NCBI RefSeq assembly: GCF_004010195.1
Contig: NC_057711.1
Coordinates: 69,990,632 to 70,054,631 of the forward strand
From: Chiloscyllium plagiosum
Taxonomy: Eukaryota
DNA length: 64,000 nucleotides
Direction of reading: 5' to 3'
How positions within the stretch are numbered: the first letter of the stretch is position 1; each line of letters opens with the position of its first letter. The position numbers and the translations under genes are program-made. A model generated the notes under the pieces. That model was not told the origin of the DNA. It searched no databases and saw nothing but the letters and a program-made list of their open reading frames with translations. This document shows positions 26,583 to 38,389 of the stretch, piece by piece.

Positions 26583-26945
26583 GTTTGCATTTGTACAGTG
26601 CTTTATCATGGCTCTTAGAAGCGTCACTCTGAATTATTTTGAAATACAGTGATTGTTGTTCTGTAAGCAAACATAGCATTCAGTATGCAGTCTGCAGGAT
26701 TCCACAAACAACAATGAGATTAATGACCAATTTATCTGTTTTTGGTCATGTTGGTAGAGGCAGGAGTTCTTCCCAGGAAACCAAGTGATCTCATTGTTCT
26801 TCTTTAAACATTGCAATGAATGTTTCACATCCACATAAATTCAAGAAATAGGCAGAGAGGATGATGTTTTCTTCAGTGCACAATAGTTCTCATAAAGCCA
26901 CACTTGCTTAGAACTACACTGGAGAGTCAGTCTAGAGTGAGACTT
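26583..26945 (-). mobile_element. Deu-domain SINE (SacSINE1/AmnSINE1-like), degenerate
   Basis: attccacaaacaacaatgagattaatgacca is the reverse complement of the Deu core (tggtcatt..cattgctgtttgtggga); ttgcatttgtacagtgcttt matches the tail. Related to 36290-36477. Confidence 0.6.
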
Positions 26946-28458
26946 CATCCCATAAACAAATTTAAAGGCAAAAGTGTAACTGGTTACAAAATAGAAGCTA
27001 GTCAGAAAGGAAATAGCGCAGGTTTGAGCTGCCATTTTTCAATCCTCAGAAAAGAAAATGTAACATGCCTATTAAATTATAGAGATGAGTAAAGACTTGG
27101 TAATTTATAGGTGAATTAGTCTGTATCAGTACGAGCAAATTTTGATAAGTTTTAACTCTTGGTAGGAACCCTTTGAGTTCGAGTTTGATGTGCAGTAGAT
27201 TTTAAATGTTGGGCTCCATTTGAACTTTGCCAGACAATCTACTTTGAGCAGGTAGCCAGCAGGGGAAGACAAAGAGACGGTATACCAGAGTCTAAATCTG
27301 ACACCAATGTAGCAGCAACAAGGTAGGCTACAGGTGGTTAAAAAGTCTGTGGTTTTACAGACTGCATCAGTGGAGATGTGGTCACAACAGACGCTTAAAC
27401 AATAGCTCTTTCTGCCCTCAGGAAAGAAGACTTTTTGCCATATTATTTCAATTATTTTGCTGCCTTTTCAACAACTTTACCTGATGGGATACCCGCCTAC
27501 TTGTGAACAACTTAAAATGCTTTTGGGATTTCATGTATATCATGAGACCCACATTCTTATTTATTTGTAAGTAATATGGGTTAAGCAGCAATAAGGATTA
27601 AGCAAAGCCAACCTGCATGGATTTGATTAAGAAAAATAATGTTTGAGAAACTTAATAGAATTTATTTTGTTTAACCCCATGCTGTTGTATCAATCTGATC
27701 CATAACAGTCACCCAGTCAACTAACTAAACTGGTCCCCTGAGGAGTCTGAGTTTCTGTGGAAACGTACACTTTACATGCATGCCATGGTCTGCAGCTGTG
27801 AATAGTGATGGTAGAAGTTCCAATTTTCTTTCCATCCATATGTCTGCTAAGAAATCTCCACTGGTATTACTGTCTGTCACTGGGGCATATTAGAAAGCCT
27901 TACAAATTGATAGTTAACCCATTGTGAACACACCATCCTTGCTTATCAAGTCCTGGAGTAGGTCTTGTACTTGGAGATCCAGCACAGGAGTAGCAATCAC
28001 CCATTGCAGCAGAAGACCTCCTGGTCTTGCAGTAATATGGTTTCAGCATAGATATTTTTGTTCTGATAAAGGTTTTGAAAGAATAATGAGGGCACCTCAT
28101 TTGTACAAAGCAGATGGGCATATGCAAAACTTTGGGGACATTTCCAATACCCACCATCAGAGTGGACGATTTATTTGATCCCAGCCATGAATTCTTCAGC
28201 TCTTCACATGGTGGGCAACCATTAAGAATTTAAAAGAGAATCCTTTTCTTGAAGTATGTCTAGGCTGCTATCCTGCTTTGCAGCAAGAGTGGGGATTCGC
28301 ATGTGCTGATTTAGAGATTCCTCAACTCATTCAGTGTACAGATCTCCCCAGATAAAGTGGGCAAAGACAATTGGAAACTCCTAAAACCAGTGCCAACCTG
28401 GCCCAATTGGGCCTCTGTCTCTCAGAATTTTGTGCAAGGTTGACCGAGGTTCTAAGTT

Positions 28459-28680
28459 GAGAGTGTGGTGCTGGAAAATCACAGCAGGTCAGGCAGCATC
28501 TGAGGAGCAGGAGAATGGCCATTTCGGACATAAGCCCTTCATCAGGAATAAGCCTTTCATTCCTGATGAAGGGCTTATGCCCAAAACATCGATTCTCCTG
28601 CTCCTTGGATGCTGCCTGACATGCTGTGTTTTTCCAGCACCACTCTCTGGTCACCAGCATCTGCAGTTCTCACTTTCTCT
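28459..28680. mobile_element. Fold-back (palindromic) PLE-derived element with two outward-facing hammerhead motifs
   Basis: Arms ~28459-28549 and ~28559-28647 are reverse complements. The + arm reads cctgatgaagggcttatgcccaaaacatc and the - arm reads cctgatgaagggcttatgtccgaaatggc. Confidence 0.85.
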
Positions 28681-30161
28681 GACAAAAATTCTAAGGCATT
28701 TTGGCCCTAGGTTACCTACTAAGATTGCCTATACAGTTAATGCTGATTATTTGTAACTATTTTAGCAGCTACAGAATGAACACTTGGCTATGTGTTATCA
28801 GTCTCACTGTTGAGTCAGTAAATGATGGATTTGAACCCCAATCTGGTACTCCAAGTAGTGGAGATTTGAATATGTGCTCAAAATATGAAGAAGACATATT
28901 CTGGAATACTTATATCCAAATGGTGTTAGATTGATAGCAATCTTGCCTCTGAGTCATAAGAGTTGGATTTTGGTCCTACTCCAACGAGTTCTTGAAAACA
29001 GGGATCTGAGCGCTAGCTCGGAATGCCAGATTGACACTCTGTAGATGGGATTCTTCAGCCAACCTTGCAGATCAACTGAGAAAAAAATAACCCAAACATG
29101 AAAAAGGCTGTGAGGAAAACAATGGGAAAATTCTTCTCTAGTAATGAGTGCAAGAATCTCATGTGAGACAATGAGCTAGAACATGTCTTACAGCAGAATA
29201 TAATGGATGAACAGTATTTCCTTTTAGTGTGTTTTCTGTTTTGTAAGTTTCTTAATGTGTGCTGCAGTTTCCTCATTTTGGTAATACATTTATTATTGTT
29301 AAGAGTAGTATTGGTCAATAAAATGGACTGCAGTACACTTGAGTATATCCATTGAAGAAAATTATAGCATAGGATCCATAATTGACCATGCCTTTGAATA
29401 TATTGCTATTATATTATTTTTCCTGATGTTTAATGTTATTACTTGCAAAATAAATCTGCATTTTTAACTATTAGATAGATAAAATCTAAGACACTTTGTT
29501 AAAAGTTTTCATCTAACAGTTTTTTTTCAGCAGAGCATAAACTGCTTTAGTTTCATCCATTGACTTTTAATAGACAGAAAATCTATTGAAGTTATAGTTC
29601 CATGAGAGTATCTCTAGATATCGTGAAGTTGTTTTGTTGATTGAATTAGGAAGTGGAACAGATTAAAAGAAAGGAAGATCAAGGCTAGTCACTGAGCCTC
29701 AGACAGTCATTTATTGCTCAATACAACTTTATTTGCTTATTACTGAAAAAAAGGAAAAGAATGTAAAAGAAAAGCAATGTTGTGCGTAAATCCAGAATAT
29801 GATGTAATATGAAAGATTCAATGATTTATTTTATTCTCTCAATTGAAAGGTAATGAAGGGAAAAAAATTAAATAATTAATGTGAGCTGTATGCTATAAAC
29901 TGATTGTAGATGTTTTCTTATGAGATGGTTGAACTAAGATTAGCTGATTGACCCTCTCGTCTGTATTTATCTTTTGATGTTTGGATGTTTCTGAGTTAAT
30001 AAAAGATTTTTGAAAAAAAATTATTTTGATAATGTAGAAATTTTTGCTCAGTTTACTTTACAAAATCTCAGTTCCAGATTTTGACTAGAATTGGGATTTT
30101 GCTTTGATAAGATTTATCTATGATATTTCCACATTTCAGCTCCGCCTCAAATTTCTGATTA

Positions 30162-30388
30162 AAAGCAAATTACTGCGGATGCTGGACTCTGAAATCAAAA
30201 GAGAAAATGCTGGAAAATCACAGCAGGTCTGGCAGCATCTGTAAGGAGAGGAAAAAGCTGACATTTCGAGTCTAACTGACCGTTTGTCAAAGCTTTGACA
30301 AACGGTAAGTTAGACTCGAAATGTCAGCTCTTTTCCCTCCTTACAGATGCTGCCTGCCAGACCTGCTGAGATTTTCCAGCATTTTCTC
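30162..30388. mobile_element. Fold-back PLE-derived element with 16-bp target-site duplication
   Basis: Arms 30201-30292 and 30293-30388 centred on tcaaag|ctttga with no spacer. ctcaaatttctgatta occurs at 30146-30161 and 30386-30401. Degenerate core tgacaaacggt...gactcgaaatgtc. Confidence 0.85.
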
Positions 30389-30574
30389 AAATTTCTGATT
30401 ACCCAAGTCTTTATATTTAAAAAAATCTTTGCCAATGTTTTAATTCCTTCTACTATTTGATTCAGCAAAGATTTACCAACATACAAATTAAAGCAGAAGG
30501 ACACTGTTTGGGCACTCAAGTCTGCTCTGGCATTCAGTAGAATCACAAATTTTTCTGTTTGAGTTTTGTTTTCC

Positions 30575-30900
30575 ACATTCCCATGTACCTCAATAACCTT
30601 TGATTCCCTTGGCTAACAAGAATCTATCTACTTCTGCCATAAAAAATATTTAACAATTCTACTTGCTCTGCCTTCTGAGGCAGAGAATTCCAAAATTGCA
30701 CAATATCTGTGTGGAAAAAAACTCCTAATTTCTATTCTGAAAGATCAACCCTAATTATAAAAAAAACCCTCATTCTTGATTCACCCACATCCACCTTATC
30801 AAGATGATTCAGGATCTTAAATGCCTCAATTAAGTCACTCTTCTAATCTCCAATGGAAACATGACCAGTTTGTCAAATCTTTCCTCATGAGAGGACTTGC
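30575..30900 (-). mobile_element. CR1 LINE 3' fragment
   Basis: accttttgattcccttggctaacaagaatctatctacttctgcc...ttctgaggcagagaattccaaa; reverse complement of CR1 ORF2 C-terminus (VWNSLPQ-like). Confidence 0.65.
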
Positions 30901-31711
30901 TGACACATGCAAGCATACAAATTAGCAGCTTAAGTTTAAGTTTACTTTTGAGTTTTTGAGCTTTTGAGTCTACACTGACATTCAAAAGTTCATTTAATTG
31001 TAAACCTCAAATCTCAATTCCTGCCTACTTTTGATAACCTTTCAGCCCCTTGCTTTAATCTCTGTTTTAAATGTGTAACCCCTTACATTTAATCAGTGAC
31101 CCTTAGTTTTAGATTCCGCATTAGAGGAAACATTTTCTCCACATCTATCCTGCTGAGGATCTATTGTTCAGTCAAACACCTCTACATTTCTAAACTCCAG
31201 CTAGCCAGTCCAGCCTTTTCTCATAAGATAACCCTCTCATTCTAGACATTAGTTTGGAAAGCTGCTCCTCTGAACTTCATCCAACACCTTTACTTTCTCC
31301 CTGAAATAAGGTGACCAACACTGTACTCAGTACCGCAGATATGGTCTCATCAATCCCCTGGAGTATAATTAAAGCATAACCTCCATACTTTTCTCTTCAA
31401 AGTTTGCATTCTACTGTCTTTCTTAATGCTGTGCCTGCATACTAATCTATTGTGAATCATACATGAGTACACCAAGATCACTCTGTATCTTGGGGTTCTG
31501 CAGTCTCTCATAATTTACATAATATACTCACTTTTATTCTTACTGCCAAAATGGATCTTTTCACATTTTCTCACACATTTGCCACATATCTGCACAGTCA
31601 TTCCACTTTTTTATAGCATCCTTTCGTCTGCTTCATAGCTCACTTGCCTTCTGATCATTGTGTCATCAGTAAATTTGGCAAACAAACCTTCTATTCCTTC
31701 ATCGAAATCAA

Positions 31712-32190
31712 GTAGGTTCACGAGATTGATTCCAGAGATGAGGGCTTTGTCTTATAAACAGAGATTGAGGAGTTTAAGCCTATACTCTCTGGAGTTTAGA
31801 TGAATGAGAGGAGACTTATATGTGATGTATAAGATGTTAAAGGAGATTGACGAAGTAGATATAGAGCAGATGTTTCTTTGTGTGGGGCTGTCTAGAACAA
31901 AAACTCATGGTTTTAGCATCGGGGTAACAGACTTAAAACAGAGGTGAGGAGGAATTATGTCTCTCAAAGGCTTGAATCTGTGGAATTCACTACCCCAGAG
32001 CGCGGAGGTGGACCGAATAGATTTGAGAAGAAGACAGATTTTTAAATTAGTAATGGGTTGAAGGGTAATGGAGAGTAGGGATGCAAGTGGAGTTGAGGCT
32101 GAGATGAGAGCAGCAATGATTGTATTTAATAGTGGAACAGGCTTGAGGGACTTACCTTCTCCTGCTCCTAGTTCTTACATTCTTATGTTT
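31712..32190 (+). mobile_element. CR1 LINE 3' fragment nested in the minus-strand CR1
   Basis: aggttcacgagattgattccagagatgagg...tatactctctggagtttagatgaatgagaggagactt...ctgtggaattcactaccccagag...cctgctcctagttctta. Confidence 0.8.
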
Positions 32191-32327
32191 ATGTAAATTG
32201 TAAACGGTTAAGCTCCCATCAATTCCGATGGCAAATCACTCACTACATCTTGCTAACCTATAAAAGGTCAATTTACGCGTGCTCTCTGCTTCCTGTTATC
32301 TTCCATTCTTGCCAATTTGATACGTTC

Positions 32328-32613
32328 GGGGCGGCATGGTGGCACAGTGGTTAGCACTACTGCCTCACAGCACCAGAGAACCGGGTTCAATTCCCGCCTC
32401 GGACAACTGTCTGTGAGGAGTTTGTACATTTTCCCTGTGTCTGCATGGGTTTCCTCCGGTTAGGTGAATTGGCCATGCTAAATTGCCTGTAGTGTTAGGT
32501 GGAGGGGTAAATGTAGGGGAATGGGTCTGGGTGGGTTGCTTTTCGGAGGGTCGGTGTGGACTTGTTGGGCCGAAGGGCCTGTTTCCACGTTGAAAGTAAT
32601 CTAATCTAATCTA
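32328..32613 (+). mobile_element. HE1-type V-SINE with internal deletion
   Basis: gggcggcatggtggcacagtggttagcac (A box), ccgggttcaattccc (B box), V-domain and (ctaat)n tail. The ctccggtttcctcccacagtcc segment is missing near 32460. Confidence 0.9.
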
Positions 32614-33140
32614 GTACATAATTACCTTTTATTTCCTACAATAGCCTTTGATTTGGCATCTTATTGAAGACCTTCTGGGAATCGAGTCTCAGGACCTCTC
32701 CTGTTTCCCCATTCTCCACAGTATGTGCTATTTCCTCAAAGAACACCAATAGATTTGTCAAACATGGTTTCCCTTTGATGACAAAGCTCTATGTGATAAG
32801 GCGATCAACCACTGGAAGTGAGTGTATTGGAAACATGAAAACATAGAAAATAGGAGCAGAAATAGTCCATTTGACTCTTTAACACCTCTAGCCTGCAGAA
32901 ACTTGTTGACTCTGCCTGATTACTTCGAACTTATCCAAGTGCCCAACTGTAATTTACTTAATAATAGCCTCTAACATTTTCTCTCTGACAAATGTGAAGC
33001 TAACTGGCTTGTATTTGCCTGCTTTCTGTCTGTCTTCATTTTTGAATAAAGGATTTCCGTTAAGTATTTTCCAATTTAATGGGGCAATCCCGAAATCATG
33101 GATGTTTTGGAAAATTAAAACCAAAATATAAGCAACCTCG

Positions 33141-33356
33141 AATAAAGGCAAAATACTGCAGATGCCAGAAATCTGAAACAAATACAGAAAATGCTGGAGA
33201 AACTCAGAAACCGTGGCATCGGTGTGGAGAGAAAAACAGAGTTAACACTTTGAGTTTAATATGACTCTTCAGAAAAACGTTCTGAAATGTTAACCCTATT
33301 TCTCTCTCCACAGTCACTGCCAGATTTGCTGAATTTCCCCAGTATTTCTGAGTTTG
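33141..33356. mobile_element. Degenerate fold-back PLE-derived element
   Basis: tgtggagagaaaaacagagttaaca pairs with tgttaaccctatttctctctccaca; minus-strand ttctgaagagtcatatt remnant of the hammerhead core. Confidence 0.65.
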
Positions 33357-33694
33357 CATCAACTATTTCAATGGCTACTTAATTAAGGCCCTTAGGTGAA
33401 GTCCACCATGAGCTAAATATTGACTAGCCTGCAGCTCCAACAATTTACTTGGTACCATTTGTGTGGTGATTGTGATTTTCCGGAGTTCCTCCCACCTTTT
33501 CATATTTTTTGATTTATCATACTTTTGAGATGTTGCTAGTATCCTTAATAATGAAGACTGATACAAAGTACCTGTTCAATTCATTTTCCAGTTCCTTATT
33601 TTCCATTATTAATTCTCCAGTCTGACTTTCTACAGGACCAATGCCCACTTTCTTAACTCTTCTCTTTAAATATCTCTAGAAAGTCTTACTATTA

Positions 33695-33900
33695 GGATAC
33701 GCAGTAAACTATTTCAGAGTGAAATGAGGAGAAATTTCTTCACTCAGAGGGTGGTGAACCTGTGGAATTCTCTACTGCACAATGCTATGGAAGCTGAATC
33801 ACTGAATGTATTTAAGAAAGAAATTGATAAATTTCTGGAGGCAAAAGGTATTAAGGAGTCAAATGGACTATCTCTGCTCTGATTTTCCTGTTTTCATGTT
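33695..33900 (+). mobile_element. CR1 LINE 3' fragment
   Basis: gaaatgaggagaaatttcttcactcagagggtggtgaacctgtggaattctctac (MRRNFFTQRVVNLWNSL). Confidence 0.8.
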
Positions 33901-36289
33901 CCCAATGCATTCATTTCCAAAGGTTCATCATCTTATCACATAGAGCTCTAAATTTCCATGTAATCCACTTCCTTTGCACCTCTTTGATGTGGTTTCCTTT
34001 CTACCTACTGCTCTGTAGTTCATATATTTCTTTAGAACTGATCATCTGCCTCTGTTGATGTACATTCTTCATGGAATACCCTTCTTTTCCACAATTCAAT
34101 GTCACTGGACAGTGTCATCCATAGGCACAAGGCCAGTTTACAAGGATGTGGTTATGACACTTAGTCCCAGTACATCCTGAGAAATGCAGAGTAATTGGGA
34201 CAAACTTACTTCCTGTTGTGTTTGTAAAAATTAGATTACTTGGGTCCGGAGCTTGGGGAAAGAAGTAGAGAACTAGCTTAATTTTCTCTCTATTTCAATT
34301 GATCAGCAAAGATTCATGTGGGGTCCCCTGCAGATTTGCATGCCTATCTGGTCAGTATTAGTGTGTCTACTGCAGAGTGATACAGCAACAGGGAGAATGT
34401 CTCATTACACCACAATTAATAGTGATGCAGTATAAAAGTTGTCAAGTACTGAGTGCATGGAATGCTCTTTGCTGTTGATCTTGTATTGGCAACTGCCAGC
34501 AGCAAAAAAGAGAAACTGGACGTAAAACAGATGAACCATATTAGAAAAGCAAAATTCTAAACTGAAATGAGAGACACAGCAGTATCCCTGGCAATGATTA
34601 TAATATGGTAAACTCACACTTGGTGTTGACACGTTATGATCATTTTTGTTGCATGTTGTGATTTTGAATGAGGATAGAAGGTACAGTGACCAACAGGGTT
34701 ATTTGCCAGATGGGTTGCAATCCCGTCATTGCAGGAGGCACAAGGAGAGGACCCGCAGCCCTTCAGAATGGCACAACAGGTGAGAGAGATGCATGTGGCT
34801 GAGGCAGGCACAAATAGAGAGACCTGTTGCAGGCAGGATGACGAGCTTGGAAGCCAAGTGACAGACTGGGTTGTGGCCTTTGATTCCTGTGATTCTGTCA
34901 CTGGCACATAGATCTTCTGGCCCTGGAAGGTACTCAGCTGTTGCCAAGCGGCCACTCCAATGAACTGCAAGTAGCGTCACACTCTGGTCGTGTACTTGGG
35001 GTCACTCCAATGGTGGAAACCATTAAATCACACCACGGTCAGTGTAATTTGGCTTCCTGCCATCTCATTGAAGCAGATATTCCCTGGAAATAGAAACCTG
35101 ATGTGGCTCTCCTCCAATTTTCCCCAGTTGCTTCCAATTCCACCTCCAATGATCAGGGAATTCAGCTCAGCATGTTTGGAAAAGGTGCTAGCATGTTTTA
35201 TTTTAACAGACTCCGTGAGTGGCATGTACTGAGTGGCATAGACTTTGATCAATCAACTTAAGTATGCAAACCACTACAGATAGCATTGATTGAAATACCA
35301 CCTACTATAGGAAAATACAGACAAATCAATCAGCATTCACACTGTACTTTCAGACCTACTCTTGTAATAGAATATCTATGTTTTAAAAACATTACCAGCT
35401 ATTGTTGCTGTTCAGAGCGAAAAGGTCAAACCTACTGAAATTTGGTGAAGTTCAGGTTCATATTTTGTGTAAAATAGCAATTTCCTCAAATTATGGCTAA
35501 AGTGGTATCCATATTTGTAAGAAAGTCTTAAGGAAACCAAATTTTCATTATATTATTGACTTAAACAATACATTTTGTATTTTTGGATTTAATTCAGCAA
35601 GAATGGAAACGCAATTATAACTAAACAGGTTATTAGTTTGGAAAGTGGTCATTTTTTTCTCATTATTATCTTTATAATTCTGCATAATTCGAATATTTTC
35701 CAATGATATGAAACAGTTAAATGAACATACAAGAAATATAAGAGCTGACTTCAGAATTCCCTTGACACCAAAAAGAATCAAGGGCTCACTGGAGCCCATA
35801 TAACATCCCTTACTCCTTATTGAACCTTCTTCCAGCCAATCTGTTCGAGCTCATTCTTATATAGAAGACTCTGCTGCAGCTCTCTGATTAATAGGCACTT
35901 CTAGTTTCAATGGCATTGTGCTGGACAGCCTGAGTTTTTCAGGTTAGACCTGGTCCTACTTAATGCATATGACAGCTGCTGCCTATTAGTCCTGTAGGTC
36001 TATGTGTTTTATTTAACTACTGACAAAAGTGTCCACACTATTTTTAATTTAATCACATTGTGAATTCTTTGATATGTATTTTGTGACTGGAAGATTTTAG
36101 TGCTTTCTGAATGTGCTAAGTAAGCAATTGACAGAATCAAGATGAATTGTTGAAAGGAAAAGAAACTATACTGGGAATTTCCTCAGGTCTTTTGAATTGG
36201 CCACCATAACTTTGAATTGATGTCAACAGGAATCCTTTTTCTGCAATCTGACATAGAAAAATAAAGCAGAATGCCATGCCTTTTAGATG

Positions 36290-37345
36290 AGATATCAAAC
36301 TGTATTCTGTGAACCATCTCAGGTGAAGATAACATATTTAATGTCACTACTTGGAGAAGAGGAAGGGAATTCATTGTTTTGCCCCTGTATTTATCCTGTA
36401 AGAAATATCACTAAAATAGAATGTATCTGGTCACTATCATATTGCTGTCTGTGGGACCTTACTTTGTGCAAATTGACAGGAATGGAGTGTTTGAGTTATA
36501 AGGAGAAGCTGGATAGGCTGGGTCGTTTTTCACTGGAGCATATGAGGTTGAGAGGTTACCTTATGGAGGTTAATGAAATATTGAGGGGTATCGGTAAAGT
36601 GAATGGCAGTTGTCATTTCCCTAGGGTGGAAGATTTGAAGACTCGGGGACATACTTTTAAGGTGAGAAGAGAAAAGTTTTTAAAAGACACGAGGGGCAAT
36701 ACTTTTACACAGAGAGTTTTTTGTGTGTGGAATGAACTTTCAGAGGAAGTGATGGATATGGCTCCAGTTACAATGTTTAAAAGGTATTTAAATAAGTACA
36801 TGAATAAAAATGTTTGGAGAGATTTGGACCAAGCACAGGCAATGGGCAGCACAGTGGCACAGTGGTTAGCACTGCTGCCTCACAGAGCCAGAGACCTGGG
36901 TTCATTTCCCGCCTCAGGGACTGTGTGGAGTTTGCACATTCTCCCCGTGTCTGCATGGGTTTACTCCGGGTGCTCCGGTTTCCTCCCACAGTCCAAAAAT
37001 GTGCAGGTTAGGTGAATTGACTATGCTAAAATGCTGTAGTGTTAGGTGAAGGGGTAAATGTAGGGGGATGGGTCTGGGTGGGTTGCGCTTCGGCGGGTCG
37101 GTGTGGACTTGTTGGGCTGAAGGGCCTGTTTCCACACTAAGTAATCTAATCTAAAAAAAAGAAAAAAAGGTGGCAGTAGTTTAGTTTGGGATTATGGTTG
37201 ACATGGACTGGTTGGACCAAAGGGTCTATTTCTATGTTGTATGACTCTATGACTTCAATGAAACAAAAGGGTGCACACTTCAAAAATACTTCATTGGCTT
37301 TAAAACAACTTGGATGACCTGAGATTGTGGTTGGTGCTGTGTTGT
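36290..37345 (+). mobile_element. Deu-domain SINE split by a CR1 3' fragment (~36478-37255)
   Basis: Deu core tatctggtcactatcatattgctgtctgtgggaccttactttgtgcaaattg ends at ~36477. The tail cacttcaaaaatacttcattggctttaaaacaacttggatgacctgag resumes at ~37275. Between them lies CR1 sequence (LSYKEKLDRLGRFSLEHMRLRG...FTQRVFCVWNELSEEV). Confidence 0.7.
36843..37168 (+). mobile_element. Full-length HE1-type V-SINE nested in the CR1 tail
   Basis: A box gtggcacagtggttagc, B box gggttcatttccc, V-domain, (ctaat)n and an A-rich tail. Confidence 0.92.
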
Positions 37346-37419
37346 ATCTCATGATCAGTTTGTCAGTATTCCTTTAAGAGTCACAGAATCTCAGACTTTA
37401 AAGGTAATGATTAAGGAAC

Positions 37420-37610
37420 ATTACTGTTCCTTCAGTGTTGCTGGGTCAAAATCCTGGAACTCATTCCCTACCATCATTATGGATGTACACTAAATGGACT
37501 GCAACAGTTCAAGAAAGCAGCTCACCACCAACTTCTGAAAGGCAACAAGGAGTAGGCAATAAGTGACGGCCTAGCCAGTGACTCCCATATCCTGTAAATG
37601 AAATAAAAAT
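37420..37610 (+). mobile_element. LINE 3' end (second CR1/L2-type family)
   Basis: gctgggtcaaaatcctggaactcattccc...ggactgcaacagttcaagaaagcagctcaccaccaacttct...cctagccagtgactcccatatcctgtaaatgaaataaaaa. Confidence 0.7.
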
Positions 37611-38389
37611 ATATAAAATGAAAATCATTTTAAACAATATCATAGCATGTAACTTGAGGGCACATAGGTCTCAGCCACCATCTTAATAGGTGCCACTTGA
37701 AGCCTGACATTCTGGTAGAAGTATGTTACTCTTTGCAATTGAGTAGTTTAACTTGAGCCGAGTCACTGAAGTGCCTGTGAATGAAATATTTGTCTGTTTT
37801 AGTGAGCTTTAATAAACATCCGTTAGATCCTTCAATGCTATGTAACCTGCAACTCGCTTCTTATATTATGGGAGACAGCATAAGCATTGCTGCAGAAAAT
37901 GAAGGTGATCTGCTCAAGGCAAAACATGCCTTATGGTTAGCGGCAGTGCCTGTCTATAAAGAAACAACTTCAGTGTCTCAGTAGATTGAAAACCTGTTTG
38001 GAAATCAACCTGACAATAGCCCAGCTTCTCATGGTCAGGAAGGAGAGGTCATATCTGAAGTGAGACACAGCTCGAGTGAATGTATAGTTTGGGGACTTTG
38101 GAGGCAGTGGGAATTTGGTGCAAAGGGGAAGAGGCTCTTTTTGCTTGCTTTTTTGCTTCATAGTTTAGAAGGCTATTTTTTAACAGGATGAGTTGAAGCT
38201 CAGGTTTTGGGGCCACACAAAACAAAGAGCAGCATCACAGGACAACCATGTGTTTATTTGTTGGTTATAGCTGCTAACTTGAGTATCAATTATCGGTTAC
38301 TTTCAGATTGAAGGCAAATAGGGAAAATATTTACAGATTACAAGCTAAAAGACCAGCAGGAAATTTTTAAGACAACAAATTAAGAGCTA

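Larger units (their letters stand above)
30990..33690 (-). mobile_element. Degenerate CR1 LINE ORF2 on minus strand, interrupted by several younger insertions
   Basis: Minus-strand AKFTDD (FADD-like) near 31660-31680, KYKPVSFTFVREKMLEAIIK near 32955-33015 and KLLELQASQYLAHGGLHLRAL near 33385-33450. Confidence 0.75.

Noticed and set aside
28459..28647. miRNA precursor or DNA-transposon MITE interpretation of the palindromes
   Set aside because: Multi-copy, with asymmetric arms, variable 12-16 bp duplications in related copies and hammerhead cores, which fit PLE origin better.
32328..32400. tRNA gene (A and B boxes), also at 36843 and 57906
   Set aside because: tRNA-derived SINE heads followed by V-domain and LINE-like tail; no complete cloverleaf.
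34600..35250. Possible Harbinger transposase remnant
   Set aside because: GC-richer, repeat-like sequence, but no convincing DDE motifs could be read.
36287..37015. 242-aa ORF
   Set aside because: Chimeric read-through of Deu-SINE, CR1 and HE1 fragments; not a gene.
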